From: Bdellovibrionales bacterium
GTDB taxonomy: Bacteria; Bdellovibrionota; Bdellovibrionia; Bdellovibrionales; JAGQZY01
Direction: 5' to 3'
DNA length: 64,000 nt
Assembly (NCBI GenBank): GCA_964230645.1
Contig: CAXRHT010000002.1
Coordinates: 800,001-864,000 of the forward strand
How positions within the stretch are numbered: the first letter of the stretch is position 1; the number at the start of each line of letters is the position of its first letter. The notes beneath the pieces were generated by a model. It was not told the origin of the DNA, made no database searches, and was given only the letters and a program-made list of their open reading frames with translations. Of this stretch, positions 31,601-41,657 are shown piece after piece. The translations under genes were made by a program, and so were the position numbers.

Positions 31601-32243
31601 CTTTTCGCCACACCTCAAACTCAATAACACCTCTTAAGAAGGCCTTTTTGTAATAAGACTTCTCGTAGGCTTCAAGACTGTGCTCCAGTCGATCGATGGA
31701 AAATACATCGGAGAAGATATTCTCTTTTTGAAAAATAATGTCTTCTTCTAAAATCACGGCAGTATGTGTGGACTCGCCATGGGGACGCCAAACTCTCTTC
31801 GGGACATGGTTCTCAACAATATCCCACCGTCTTTCTCCTACGGCTAAAAACACCAGAAGATCACCAGGCAAAAGGTTTTCATCCAAATTTATGGAATAGT
31901 GATTGGATTTAAGAGCCTCTATAACTTCAAAAATTCCCAAGTATCGATGCTCACTTTCATTAAAGAGCCCTAAAAAGTTACTCGCACCCCAGAAGCAGTT
32001 GGGAACTCGGCCGTAGTCATAGCCTTCTCTCGCGTAGATTTCTTGTACCTCGTTGATATCTTCCAGAACACGTGTTGGTAGATGCTCATCGACCAGAGTT
32101 TCACACTGCTGCTTTGAAACAGAATCAAGACAACAAGTGACACCTTGGTATTCATAATTGTTTTGTGGACATACGAAACTCTCGCCGGCAAAAAGCTCTT
32201 GGTGGGCGAGAACTAAAAGGAAAATAATAAGAGTGTGCTTCAT
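31590..32243 (-). CDS. Secreted NlpC/P60-like (papain-fold) protein
   Basis: PNCF, LLPGDLLVF, THTAV; signal peptide. Confidence 0.55.
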   Translation of the reverse strand: MKHTLIIFLLVLAHQELFAGESFVCPQNNYEYQGVTCCLDSVSKQQCETLVDEHLPTRVLEDINEVQEIYAREGYDYGRVPNCFWGASNFLGLFNESEHRYLGIFEVIEALKSNHYSINLDENLLPGDLLVFLAVGERRWDIVENHVPKRVWRPHGESTHTAVILEEDIIFQKENIFSDVFSIDRLEHSLEAYEKSYYKKAFLRGVIEFEVWRKDGN

Positions 32244-32334
32244 TGTTGAAATCTAACGAGAACCTCCTGGAAGGTCCTCTGATTTCCCAATTTTTGAAAT
32301 ATTTTCGTTGATTTCAGATTATTTAGCGTCGGCT

Positions 32335-32661
32335 TTAAACGCGGAAGGAAATTCCACAGGCACAGGTTTTTTTAGCGTTCGGATTGTTGAACACGAAACC
32401 TTGGCCATTGAGTCCGCCCTCAAAATCGAGAGTCATACCAATAAGATGCAAATAGCTTGTTGTGTCCACGACGAGCTTCTGCCCTTCGCTTTCGAAAACT
32501 TTGTCGCTGTCTTTAACCTCAGTAGTGAAATCCATTTTATAGGACATACCTGAACAGCCACCCTTTTCTACATACACTCGTAAAAGAGCGTGATCGGGTT
32601 GCTCCTCATCTTCTCTGAGTCTTCGAACTTGTTTAATGGCTTTTTCAGTGATTTGAATCAT
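32335..32661 (-). CDS. iscA: A-type Fe-S carrier
   Basis: GGCSG, FNNPNA..TCACG.SF. Confidence 0.92.
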   Translation of the reverse strand: MIQITEKAIKQVRRLREDEEQPDHALLRVYVEKGGCSGMSYKMDFTTEVKDSDKVFESEGQKLVVDTTSYLHLIGMTLDFEGGLNGQGFVFNNPNAKKTCACGISFRV

Positions 32662-32675
32662 GGGTCTATTATAAC

Positions 32676-33833
32676 TTATTTGTTTTCGGAATGGAAGCTT
32701 TTGGCTTCTTCAATCGCTTTTATCACCCGCTCGACAACATATTCCAGCTCATCCTGTGTTGTGCCGTGTCCGATTCCAAACCGAATGGTTTGCCGGGCCT
32801 CTTGGTCACTCAGGCCAATGGCGCTTAAGACATGACTTGTTGACGTATTTCCCGAAGTACAGGCTGAGCTGGAACTAAATCCCACTTTGGGAAGCTTTAA
32901 AAGTAGCTTATCAACGGTCATATTTTTAAAGGTGAAGCTCATATTATTGGGAAGGCGCTCGGTTGGGTGACCATTGAGCTGAACCTCACCTGTGGCAAGA
33001 AGCCTCTCAATCACCTCATCCCGCATTTTTTCGAGCCTAGGGGTTTCCTTTTCCCAATGGTTCATAGCCCACTCACAGGCCACACCAAGCCCTACAATTG
33101 AGGGGACGTCCACAGTACCTGCGCGCATTCCTCTCTGTTGGCCCCCACCACAGAAAAGTGGAGCGAGAGTAGTCTTATCTTTAATAAGCAAAGCACCCAC
33201 CCCTTTAGGAGCATAGAGTTTATGCCCTGAAAAACTGAGAAAATCGATATCAAGCTCGTTAAAATTAATTGGGACCTTCCCCACACATTGGGCCGCATCC
33301 ACATGGATTACCAAATAAGGATAATCTTTCTTAAGAGCGCATATTTTATCTATGGGGTTGAGGGTGCCAATCTCGTTATTTCCATAAATAAAAGAAAGGA
33401 GAGTGGGAACCTCTTGTTTTAATTCCTGTTTTAAGATCTCAAGATTGATCCTTCCAAAGTTATCGACATCGATCACCTCGATCTTAGCACCCAATTCCCC
33501 CGCCCAATCACAGGCCCCATAGGTCGCCTTATGTTCTGTGCTGGAAGTGAGGATTTTGGAATTTTTATTCTTTTTCGTCCAACCGATGATCGCCCAATGC
33601 AAAGACTCGGTCGCACCACTGGTGAAATACACTTGTGAGGGCTTTGCACCCACTAGGTCAGCGACTTGCTTCGTACTTTTTGATATCGCCATTTCCGCTT
33701 TCCAACCCCATCGATGGGTGGAATTGGCGTTTCCAAAATGGTTACAAAAATAAGGACTCATGGCTTCCATAACCTCGGGAAGAACAGGAGTGGTCGCGTG
33801 ATAATCAAGATAGATTTCTTTTTTCTCTTCCAT
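32676..33833 (-). CDS. iscS: Cysteine desulfurase (group I)
   Basis: YLDYHATTP, SGHKLYAPKG, SSSSACTSG. Confidence 0.92.
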   Translation of the reverse strand: MEEKKEIYLDYHATTPVLPEVMEAMSPYFCNHFGNANSTHRWGWKAEMAISKSTKQVADLVGAKPSQVYFTSGATESLHWAIIGWTKKNKNSKILTSSTEHKATYGACDWAGELGAKIEVIDVDNFGRINLEILKQELKQEVPTLLSFIYGNNEIGTLNPIDKICALKKDYPYLVIHVDAAQCVGKVPINFNELDIDFLSFSGHKLYAPKGVGALLIKDKTTLAPLFCGGGQQRGMRAGTVDVPSIVGLGVACEWAMNHWEKETPRLEKMRDEVIERLLATGEVQLNGHPTERLPNNMSFTFKNMTVDKLLLKLPKVGFSSSSACTSGNTSTSHVLSAIGLSDQEARQTIRFGIGHGTTQDELEYVVERVIKAIEEAKSFHSENK

Positions 33834-33835
33834 AA

Positions 33836-34516
33836 CTATTCTTTACTTTGGCTTTGGTTTTTATTGGGGCGTCTACGACGGCGATTTCTCTTTTTCTTAG
33901 GCCCTTGTGACTTACTACCACCCTCACTGGAAGAGCTCGCTTGCTGCCCTTTGCGACGGCGATTACCGCTGCGCTTTTTTGAGCCCTTTTTCGATTTTTT
34001 CTTTTTACCAGTGTAGAAGTCACCGTAAAAGGAATCACGGCGATCCAAATTGGGATCTCCCTTAAAAGCCTCCACTTTTACTTTTTCAACTTCCACTTCC
34101 TTTTCTTCATTGAGTTCCACATCGTCAGCCACGACGTTGTCCATAATTCCACCGAGAACAGCCTTGGACTCTTCTCCGTCTTTTCGCGCCATGCGCTCGC
34201 GCGGTTTTTGAGAAACTCTTTTTTCTTTCTCTAGTTGTTCGGAAAGATCAACGATCACATCACCAAAACAGCGAAGCTGACAAGAAAGGCGAGACATATC
34301 CACATAGTGGGCCGTACCAATAAGGTCTAATTCTTTTTTTGAAGGGGGAAGCACATGGTGTTCCCCTTCTTTAATTTGCACTCGGCACTCAGCACAGGAA
34401 GGTATTCCTTTACATACGGATTGAATATGATGACCCGATCTTTGTGCAAGATGCAGGATGGTTTCATTAAATTCAATTTCATATTCTTCGCCCGAGGGCA
34501 AGAATTTGACTTTCAT
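33836..34516 (-). CDS. 2Fe-2S ferredoxin with long charged/basic tail
   Basis: CKGIPSCAEC...RLSCQ; Lys/Arg-rich C-terminus. Confidence 0.85.
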   Translation of the reverse strand: MKVKFLPSGEEYEIEFNETILHLAQRSGHHIQSVCKGIPSCAECRVQIKEGEHHVLPPSKKELDLIGTAHYVDMSRLSCQLRCFGDVIVDLSEQLEKEKRVSQKPRERMARKDGEESKAVLGGIMDNVVADDVELNEEKEVEVEKVKVEAFKGDPNLDRRDSFYGDFYTGKKKKSKKGSKKRSGNRRRKGQQASSSSEGGSKSQGPKKKRNRRRRRPNKNQSQSKE

Positions 34517-34536
34517 TGAAATCCTCTCAGTTGCGG

Positions 34537-36102
34537 TTATCGAGCGTGTTCAACGGCGCGAGACTCTCTCACCACTGAAATTTTAATCTGACCAGGATAC
34601 TTCAACTCTCGTTCAATCTTTCTAGCAATGTCACGGCTGAGCATCACAGACTGCTCGTCTGTTACTCTTGAACTATCCACAATCACGCGAATCTCACGAC
34701 CGGCTTGAATGGCAAATGTTCTCTCGACTCCGTCAAAACTATTAGCCACAGACTCAAGATCTTCAAGACGTTGAATATAGTTTTCCATAATAGACTTTCT
34801 AGCTCCAGGGCGAGCGGAGCTGATCGCATCAGCAGCCATCACTAGGTAGGAAAGCATTGTTCTTGGTTTTTCATCCTCGTGATGAGAGCGAATGGCATGA
34901 CAAACTTTTTCGTTTTCACCGTAGCGCTTAGCGAAGTCAGCACCAATCACCGCATGAGATCCCTCAATGCTGTGGTCCATTGCTTTTCCTAAATCATGGA
35001 AAAGTCCGGCGCGACGAGCGGCTTTCACATCAGCGCCCACTTCGGCCGCCATTAAACCTGCCAACATCCCCACTTCAAGAGAGTGAGAGTAGTTGTTTTG
35101 GGCATAAGAGGTACGGAACTTTAGACTTCCAAGAGTTTTATGGATTTCTCCGTGCACTCCTTGAAGACCAAGTTCTAGACAAGCCTTTTCCCCTTCGGAT
35201 TTAATATATTTAAAAAGTCCTTTTTTGGTTTTATCGATCACTTCTTCAATTCGCCCCGGATGAATTCTTCCATCTTCCATCAGCGTTTCAAGGGAGCGCC
35301 TAGCCACTTCTCTACGAACGGGGTCAAAACCTGAGATGACCACAGCTTCTGGAGTTTCATCGATAATAAGATCGACCCCACAGAGGGACTCGATAGCTCG
35401 AATGTTTCGTCCTTCACGACCAATGATCTTTCCTTTCAACTCTTCGTTGGGAAGAGGAATCACGGACACTGTTTTCTCAGTGGTGAATTCCCCGGCGTAA
35501 CGAGAAATGGCCATACCAATAATTCTTTTCGCCTTTTGCTCCGCACGAGTTTTAGCATCCTCTTCGATACTAATCACATTTTTTGCGGCTTCAGCCCTAG
35601 CTTCTTCTTCTAGAGATCTTTTTAGTTCTTCTTTGGCTTCCTCAGGAGAAAGGTTAGCAGAACTTTTGAGTTTTTCTGTTAACTCACTGATTTTTTGTTT
35701 GGCGTCTCTTTCAAGGTCAGACATTCGACTTTCGTGAGCTTTAACGGTCTCTTCTCGTTTTTTAAGCTCCACCTCGCTGCCCTGAAGTTTCTCTTCTTTT
35801 TTTCGATACTCTTTTTCCAATTGTTTTTGACGATCTTTAAGCTTGTCTTCTTCTTTTTTCAGTTCGTCTTTTTGGCGGCGAATATCTTTTTCCGCATTCT
35901 TCTTGGCTCTTACTTCAAAGTCTTTTCCTTTCTTTTCGGCACGATCCATTATCTTTTTTGATTCGCTTTTGGCGCGATTGACGATTTTATCAGCTTCAAT
36001 TTGAGCTGACTTCTTCTGGGAGTTTTCCACCATTTTTTTGTAAGCAAAAAATAGGGCGGCTCCCACCACCAATCCGATCGCTAAGCTTATTACACTAACC
36101 AT
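34537..36102 (-). CDS. rny: Ribonuclease Y
   Basis: TM, coiled coil, KH (IIGREGRNI) and HD (FHDLGK) domains; GAGG RBS before ATG 36102. Confidence 0.95.
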   Translation of the reverse strand: MVSVISLAIGLVVGAALFFAYKKMVENSQKKSAQIEADKIVNRAKSESKKIMDRAEKKGKDFEVRAKKNAEKDIRRQKDELKKEEDKLKDRQKQLEKEYRKKEEKLQGSEVELKKREETVKAHESRMSDLERDAKQKISELTEKLKSSANLSPEEAKEELKRSLEEEARAEAAKNVISIEEDAKTRAEQKAKRIIGMAISRYAGEFTTEKTVSVIPLPNEELKGKIIGREGRNIRAIESLCGVDLIIDETPEAVVISGFDPVRREVARRSLETLMEDGRIHPGRIEEVIDKTKKGLFKYIKSEGEKACLELGLQGVHGEIHKTLGSLKFRTSYAQNNYSHSLEVGMLAGLMAAEVGADVKAARRAGLFHDLGKAMDHSIEGSHAVIGADFAKRYGENEKVCHAIRSHHEDEKPRTMLSYLVMAADAISSARPGARKSIMENYIQRLEDLESVANSFDGVERTFAIQAGREIRVIVDSSRVTDEQSVMLSRDIARKIERELKYPGQIKISVVRESRAVEHAR

Positions 36103-36676
36103 GATTAACCTCACTTTGGTCCACTTCAATCCACTCTCGGGGACTGACTACAATATCTAGTTTCTGATCATGAGACTCGCTAGGAAGCCTCTTTTTTGTT
36201 ATCGATTCGTCAAAGGCCACCCCTAGCTTCGGGCCTTTAAAGTTTAAAAGAAAACGGTCGTAATAGCCTCCGCCACGCCCTAATCGATTCCCTGAAGAAT
36301 CAAAAGCGAGACCAGGAACAATACAACCTGTGATTTGTTCGGATGTGACCTCAGTGCCTTTAATGTCTTGAGGCTCTCCGAGTCCCATGGGACTGGTTAA
36401 AAACTCACCCATATTTTTAGCCTTATAAAAGCGCATTTGAGTTTTTGAGGTCACACGCGGAAAAGCCCACTCAATATGAGAACAAACTTCCAAAAGAGAA
36501 GTTAAATTGGGCTCATCATCTAAAGGAGCAAAAAGAGTCCAAACACCCTTTTTGTTTCTAAGGTAGAACTGCAGTTTTTCGCAAATTTTTCGCGACTGCT
36601 GAATTTTATTTTCTGGATTCACTTCCTTCACTCTCGTCTTATAAAAAGAGCGAAGGTCACTTTTTTCAGTATCCAC
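36095..36676 (-). CDS. ygfA: 5-formyltetrahydrofolate cyclo-ligase
   Basis: VPGLAFD..GNRLGRGGGYYDR. Confidence 0.92.
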   Translation of the reverse strand: MDTEKSDLRSFYKTRVKEVNPENKIQQSRKICEKLQFYLRNKKGVWTLFAPLDDEPNLTSLLEVCSHIEWAFPRVTSKTQMRFYKAKNMGEFLTSPMGLGEPQDIKGTEVTSEQITGCIVPGLAFDSSGNRLGRGGGYYDRFLLNFKGPKLGVAFDESITKKRLPSESHDQKLDIVVSPREWIEVDQSEVNHG

Positions 36677-36744
36677 AAATATCCCTATGACCCTTTACAA
36701 CAGGGGTCACTCACAAAAATTAAAATCTAGTGGCTGATCTAAGA

Positions 36745-37026
36745 TCAGCTAGGACTTTGTCGAAAATGGGAAATTTGCTCAAGAGTTTGAGCTTCGAGGC
36801 TATCAAGTTCTTCTTTCGTTTTCTGACGTAGCAAATAGAGTTCTTCAGCTAGACGTAAACAGGCTAAAAGCGCCGAGTTTCGTAAAGAGGTTTTAGCTAG
36901 CTTGTCGTCCATTTGCGATTCAACCATTTTTAAAATTTCATCCACCGTTTGTTGATCATGACTTGATTTCAAACGGAGAGGCACACCAGCAATCTCAACT
37001 TCATATGTTTTAATATCCTGTTGCAT
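36745..37026 (-). CDS. zapA: Cell division protein ZapA
   Basis: VEIAG...L, ALLACL.LAEEL plus coiled coil; canonical zapA-ygfA-rny order. Confidence 0.8.
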   Translation of the reverse strand: MQQDIKTYEVEIAGVPLRLKSSHDQQTVDEILKMVESQMDDKLAKTSLRNSALLACLRLAEELYLLRQKTKEELDSLEAQTLEQISHFRQSPS

Positions 37027-37253
37027 TGGGGCCTCATTTTCTACAAGTTCCTATAATTATTAGTAATATTATTGGCTTGAGGGGTCAAGTTTTGGTCTCA
37101 AAAAGAGTCCAGATTGAGCGAAAATGGACCTGGATTTAGTGATTTGGCCCGAATAAAGGCTAGGTAATGCAAGGCATTGCCAAAATATGCTCAGCTCCGC
37201 TCCGAACCTATGAGCCGCTGCGATCCAGTGATGAGCGGCCTTCCTTAAGTCCC

Positions 37254-38255
37254 TTAGAGGTAAATTTTGAGCTGATCCTCATTTTTAAGGTAGCGGAAGT
37301 TTCTCTTGAGAAGAGAGTCCGTTTTTTTCTCAAGCTCCGGTAGAGGTGCTTCAATCTTAAGCTTCTCGGCTCGATCAATAATCTTCTCTAGTCCCCAGGT
37401 GGCCTCATATTTAAAGACGCCCTCGCGCTTAGAAATCTGCTCACTGTGCTCCTTTTTCTTTTTCTTAAGAAAGCGAGCTAAGGAATAGCAAGCCTGGCGC
37501 TTGGAGTTCATGAAAAAGGTGCTCTTTAAGTCATGGTCCAAACGACGTACAGCCGAATTACGCCTCTCATTTTTGAGTTGGCGGTAATGGCTCGCTAGAA
37601 CTGTGCGATTCTTTTCAATCGGCTCAATTCGGAAAGAGTTTTTAAGCTTTGGCTTTTTATGGCGGATCTCACGAATCATAGTGTTCATCACTTGAAACTT
37701 GGCCTCAACTTGAGGACTTCCTTTAAGAAAACGAACGTTTTTGTGCGGGTCCAACCAATAGGCAAAGGTTTCAGCAAAATCCTCATCAGGATGACTCTGG
37801 GCATAGTGGTCGCCAAGATAGTGCACATAATTTTTGGAATAGGGCTTTGGCTGATACTGGCTGGGATAATCCTTTTTAGGTGAACCAAAAACCTGCTGCC
37901 TACGAGGATGGGCTCTCAATCCATAGGCATTGTCTATGGCGTGACCAAGCTCATGGCGCATTAATTTTAGAATCTCCTCTTCGTTCTTGCCATCCACAAA
38001 ACCCAGTTCGTCTTTTTGAATTTCCATAAGTTCTGGATGAAAGAGATAAAAAGGAAGTGCAAAACCGGGTACCCCATCGGGGCAAAACCATTCATCAGAA
38101 ACCCACAGATGAAAATCAAAGGCTAACCCCTTATCACGCAACTCTTGACGAATGAAGGATTTGTAACGCTTAAGCCTTGAATCCACATCGATCAGAGGAA
38201 GATGCCTCATCTCTCGTGATAAAAAATCTTTTTTTTGCAACTTTAATGATCCCAT
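37254..38255 (-). CDS. Putative zinc-binding metallopeptidase
   Basis: RHELGH, YAQSHPDEDFAETF. Confidence 0.8.
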   Translation of the reverse strand: MGSLKLQKKDFLSREMRHLPLIDVDSRLKRYKSFIRQELRDKGLAFDFHLWVSDEWFCPDGVPGFALPFYLFHPELMEIQKDELGFVDGKNEEEILKLMRHELGHAIDNAYGLRAHPRRQQVFGSPKKDYPSQYQPKPYSKNYVHYLGDHYAQSHPDEDFAETFAYWLDPHKNVRFLKGSPQVEAKFQVMNTMIREIRHKKPKLKNSFRIEPIEKNRTVLASHYRQLKNERRNSAVRRLDHDLKSTFFMNSKRQACYSLARFLKKKKKEHSEQISKREGVFKYEATWGLEKIIDRAEKLKIEAPLPELEKKTDSLLKRNFRYLKNEDQLKIYL

Positions 38256-38344
38256 AGTGCCCCTACCATAGTGATTCCCTTGTTATTTTTCAACTTTCTC
38301 TGAAAAAGCTTCACCTGTGTCAAAAAAGTGATGAGTTCTTTGTA

Positions 38345-39184
38345 CTACAAATCGTAAAGAGTCGCTGGTGCGTACCGCGGAAGAAGGATTGGCTGTACTT
38401 GCTGCAGAATAGAAAGCAAAGCTTCCGCCTGCAAAGTTGTTAATTCAGAGGCATTCTGATTTTGCCCTGAAGTTTCAATAAACTCAGCTAGGATCGCACG
38501 TTCCTTTTGCGACAGCATATGAGCGTGGGTGTCTTTAAAGACGAGAGCGTAGTTAGTAACATTTTTAAGAGCCTCAGTGAGACTTGAAAGTTGTTTTTCT
38601 TTTAGGCTGTGCCCATTGTCCAAAAGTCCGAGATAGGAAAGAGCGATCTGAAATTTATTACCCATAGAGTGACGACTGTTGCCTTCAGAACGATTAAGTC
38701 CCTCATGCAAATGTTCTCTTTGAGGGTCAAACCTCTGCAGATCGGCATCAGGATCGATAATGAGTCCTGAAGCCTGGTGTTCCCTCAAGGCCTCGACACT
38801 ATTTTCAACCGAAGCCAGTTCAACTTGATAGGGATAAACCCCCTCTTGCTCTATAAGCTCCTGCACAAAACCCGAAGTCTCATTGGCCTCAACCACTCGA
38901 ACTCCATTAAAATCCTCTTGCACCTTCAATTCTCCACCCCAAAGAATCTCACTGACACCACTCGCCTCGTCAAAAAGCCCCCGGTGTCCACGCCCTAAAT
39001 AAGGGCCAACAAGAAGCTTTGTCTTCCCACTGGTCAACCGCACTAAAAGCCCCACATAGTAATGGTTCTCAACAGAACCCTCTGGAAGCTGAAAAACCTG
39101 AAAACAAGCTTTCTGAGCATAGGAAGGAGACACGCCAAGACTCAAAACAAAAAATACGAAAAAAGAGCCAAGAATGTGACGCAA
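38345..39184 (-). CDS. Secreted hypothetical protein
   Basis: Signal peptide followed by C.QVF. Confidence 0.65.
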   Translation of the reverse strand: MRHILGSFFVFFVLSLGVSPSYAQKACFQVFQLPEGSVENHYYVGLLVRLTSGKTKLLVGPYLGRGHRGLFDEASGVSEILWGGELKVQEDFNGVRVVEANETSGFVQELIEQEGVYPYQVELASVENSVEALREHQASGLIIDPDADLQRFDPQREHLHEGLNRSEGNSRHSMGNKFQIALSYLGLLDNGHSLKEKQLSSLTEALKNVTNYALVFKDTHAHMLSQKERAILAEFIETSGQNQNASELTTLQAEALLSILQQVQPILLPRYAPATLYDL

Positions 39185-39305
39185 AATAGAAATCCTTAGT
39201 TTAGTAGATTAGCACCTATTTTAAGGATTTCTTGATAATTAGCCATTGCCTTTGAAAAGAAGAGAGACCTGTAAACAGAATAGACAATGATGGTCCCATT
39301 AAGAA

Positions 39306-39476
39306 GAACTTCGCTCGAACCACGATAGCCTATGCTTTCGGAATCAGTAAAAAATGAACCTCCTTAAAGCGGACGCGTTTTCGCCCAAAGGGCGAAATTA
39401 AGGTTAGGCAGGAGCCGCGGTTCATTTTTTACTGATTCCGAAAGCATAGGCTAACGAGGCCCTTCGAGCGAGCTTC
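39306..39476. repeat. Long hairpin element, second type (35-bp perfect arms, 58-nt structured core)
   Basis: 39326-39360 is the exact reverse complement of 39419-39453; outer TCGCTCGAA/TTCGAGCGA. Confidence 0.88.
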
Positions 39477-39494
39477 GACAGGTCCTTCGGCTTC

Positions 39495-39578
39495 GCCTCA
39501 GGACGACAAACGAGAGCCTCAAGATAACAAACGAGAGCCTTCGGACGTCAATTGGGAGCCTTAGAATGACAAATGAAA
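39495..39578 (+). repeat. Four degenerate 21-bp tandem units (GCCTYAGRAYGACAAAYGAGA-like)
   Basis: GCCT at 39495, 39516, 39537, 39558; ACAAACGAGAGCCT exact twice. Confidence 0.75.
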
Positions 39579-39616
39579 AAAAAAGCCAGAGGAAACCTGG
39601 TGTTTTCCTCTGGCTT
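39576..39616 (-). terminator. Intrinsic terminator
   Basis: AAGCCAGAGGAAA/TTTCCTCTGGCTT stem with an A9 run. Confidence 0.8.
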
Positions 39617-39641
39617 AAACAAAAGAGAGTTTCGATTAGAT

Positions 39642-40151
39642 TTACAATTTGTACTGAGCAAATTGCTGTTGCTTTTTAAATTCCTTGAGTTCGATTAAGA
39701 TGTCGCCAAGACGATATTTTGCCTTCTCACTGTTGAGGTATTTATTTAAGAGGTCGGCTCGGTTGGTCTTTCCTTGATCAAGAGCTTCGACATTGGTGTT
39801 AAAAATTTCACGGTCATAGGAGCGCGCCAGTGGATTTTCACGTAAGATGAGTCGATGAAGAGACATAACAAAGGATTGATTCGAAACGTGTCTGTGGTTT
39901 TTCTTATCAACGCCGTAGATTTCTTTGACGGTTTCTTTTAATGAATCATAGCTTGGGTTTTGGGCCAACTTTTCATAAAGACCGAGAAATTCCTTTTCTT
40001 TCATCTCGTTTTTGTTCACCCATTCATTCACTTCCAAAATAAAGCTAGTGGAATCAAACTCATACTTAGATGTATCGAATTCGCCCAAAGCAATTTTTGA
40101 AATGCTAATGAGTAAAAAGATCGTCATGATTTTCTTCCCTAAATTCTTCAT
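39642..40151 (-). CDS. Secreted hypothetical protein
   Basis: Signal peptide, purine-rich RBS, own terminator. Confidence 0.7.
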   Translation of the reverse strand: MKNLGKKIMTIFLLISISKIALGEFDTSKYEFDSTSFILEVNEWVNKNEMKEKEFLGLYEKLAQNPSYDSLKETVKEIYGVDKKNHRHVSNQSFVMSLHRLILRENPLARSYDREIFNTNVEALDQGKTNRADLLNKYLNSEKAKYRLGDILIELKEFKKQQQFAQYKL

Positions 40152-40358
40152 TCTCTCCCCCTTATGGATTGAATCAGCCCTCATTTACTAATTTATCAAA
40201 GCCCCTTGGGCCTTAATATCCACAAAAACATCAAATCTTGTCTCATTTTGATGAGAATGGAGGTAAATTCGGCTCAAGTTGCAGAAACTCAGTCCTTTTC
40301 AAGTCCTAGCAAGGCTTTAAAGTCTGTGATATAGCCCTATCTTCGAGATGAGGTAAAT

Positions 40359-41405
40359 ATGGCTGAAATACTAAATAATGTGGAGTTGTTATCTTATATA
40401 GCCGGGGGCCTTGCCACCTTGGGCGTGGGCGGTCTTGGTGTCTATTTTTTCCGGAAACCGAGTCAATCTAAACAAGCCCCTCCCGCACCAAGTGGACGTA
40501 AAGACTACCGCTCTTTAGAAGATGCCCTTTCAAAAACAAGAGAAGGGTTTTGGGGTAAAGTAAAAAATCAATTCTCCGGTCAAACCATCTCGGCTAAAGA
40601 AATCGAAAGTTTAGAGGAGGCTCTTTACACTAGTGACTTGGGCCCTAAAACTGTGGATCACCTTATTTCAAAAGTGAGCGGCTCAATGAATGGTGAGGGC
40701 ATGAGTCTTGAGAGTCTACACCAATCTTTAAAATCAGAGCTCAACCAAATATTCACTGACATTGAAACAAAGGAACTAGCCACCAAAGAAGGTAAGCCCA
40801 CCACTGTCTGGATGATCGTGGGCGTGAATGGGGCCGGAAAAACCACAACCATTGGAAAACTAGCAAGCCAACAAGTCGCAAAGGGTAAGAGAGTTTTAAT
40901 TGCAGCCGGTGATACTTTCCGTGCTGCAGCCGACGAGCAGCTTAAAGTGTGGGCCACAAGAGCTGAGGTTGAAATTTACAGTCCAGAGGGCATCAAAGAT
41001 CCAAGTGCTGTGGCCTTTGATGCTGTCCAAAAAGGTGTCTCTAAAGATTTCGATTTAGTGATTGTCGATACGGCCGGTCGCCTCCATACTCAAAAAAACT
41101 TGATGGAAGAGCTTAAAAAAATGAAGCGAGTGATGGGAAAAGCGCTTGAAGGTTCTCCGGATGAAACTCTTCTTGTTTTAGATGCCAACTCTGGTCAAAA
41201 TGCTCTTATGCAGACAGAACAGTTCCATACTGCTTTAGATGTTACAGGAGTTATTCTCACTAAAATGGATGGTTCCGCCAAAGGAGGCGTGGCTGTGGGA
41301 ATTGCTTGTGAGCACCAACTTCCCATTAAAATGATTGGTGTGGGCGAGAAAATTGAAGACTTAAGGCCTTTTGATTCAAAGGCCTTCGTCAATTCCATAT
41401 TATAA
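40359..41405 (+). CDS. ftsY: SRP receptor FtsY with N-terminal TM helix
   Basis: GVNGAGKTTTIGK, DTFRAAA, DTAGR, TKMDGSAKGG. Confidence 0.96.
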   Translation: MAEILNNVELLSYIAGGLATLGVGGLGVYFFRKPSQSKQAPPAPSGRKDYRSLEDALSKTREGFWGKVKNQFSGQTISAKEIESLEEALYTSDLGPKTVDHLISKVSGSMNGEGMSLESLHQSLKSELNQIFTDIETKELATKEGKPTTVWMIVGVNGAGKTTTIGKLASQQVAKGKRVLIAAGDTFRAAADEQLKVWATRAEVEIYSPEGIKDPSAVAFDAVQKGVSKDFDLVIVDTAGRLHTQKNLMEELKKMKRVMGKALEGSPDETLLVLDANSGQNALMQTEQFHTALDVTGVILTKMDGSAKGGVAVGIACEHQLPIKMIGVGEKIEDLRPFDSKAFVNSIL

Positions 41406-41657
41406 GGTTTATCCTTTCTGCAATTTGTGGGGATAACCTAAAACGGGAGTGTCGCTGTCGCGAATCACACTCTTGGTGATGCTTCCTAAAATATTAGCCT
41501 CAAATGTTTAAGAGGAATCGAATACTTGTGCATGGTCCTATAAGGTTTCCTCGACCCTTCGTTACAATTTCGAACTTTTATTCGCATTTCCTGATTTTTA
41601 TCATAATTTTAAAGACTCAAGCGACATAAACTGAAGTTTCAACGAAAGGCCCGCATC

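Noticed and set aside
37090..37253. Relocated 6S RNA or other ncRNA upstream of zapA
   Set aside because: Only local hairpins (GCCGCT/AGCGGC); I could not find a long closing stem.
39495..39578. CRISPR array
   Set aside because: The 21-bp period has no spacers, and there are no cas genes.
41406..41657. SRP RNA downstream of ftsY
   Set aside because: Only weak hairpins; the conserved SRP domain IV motif is absent.
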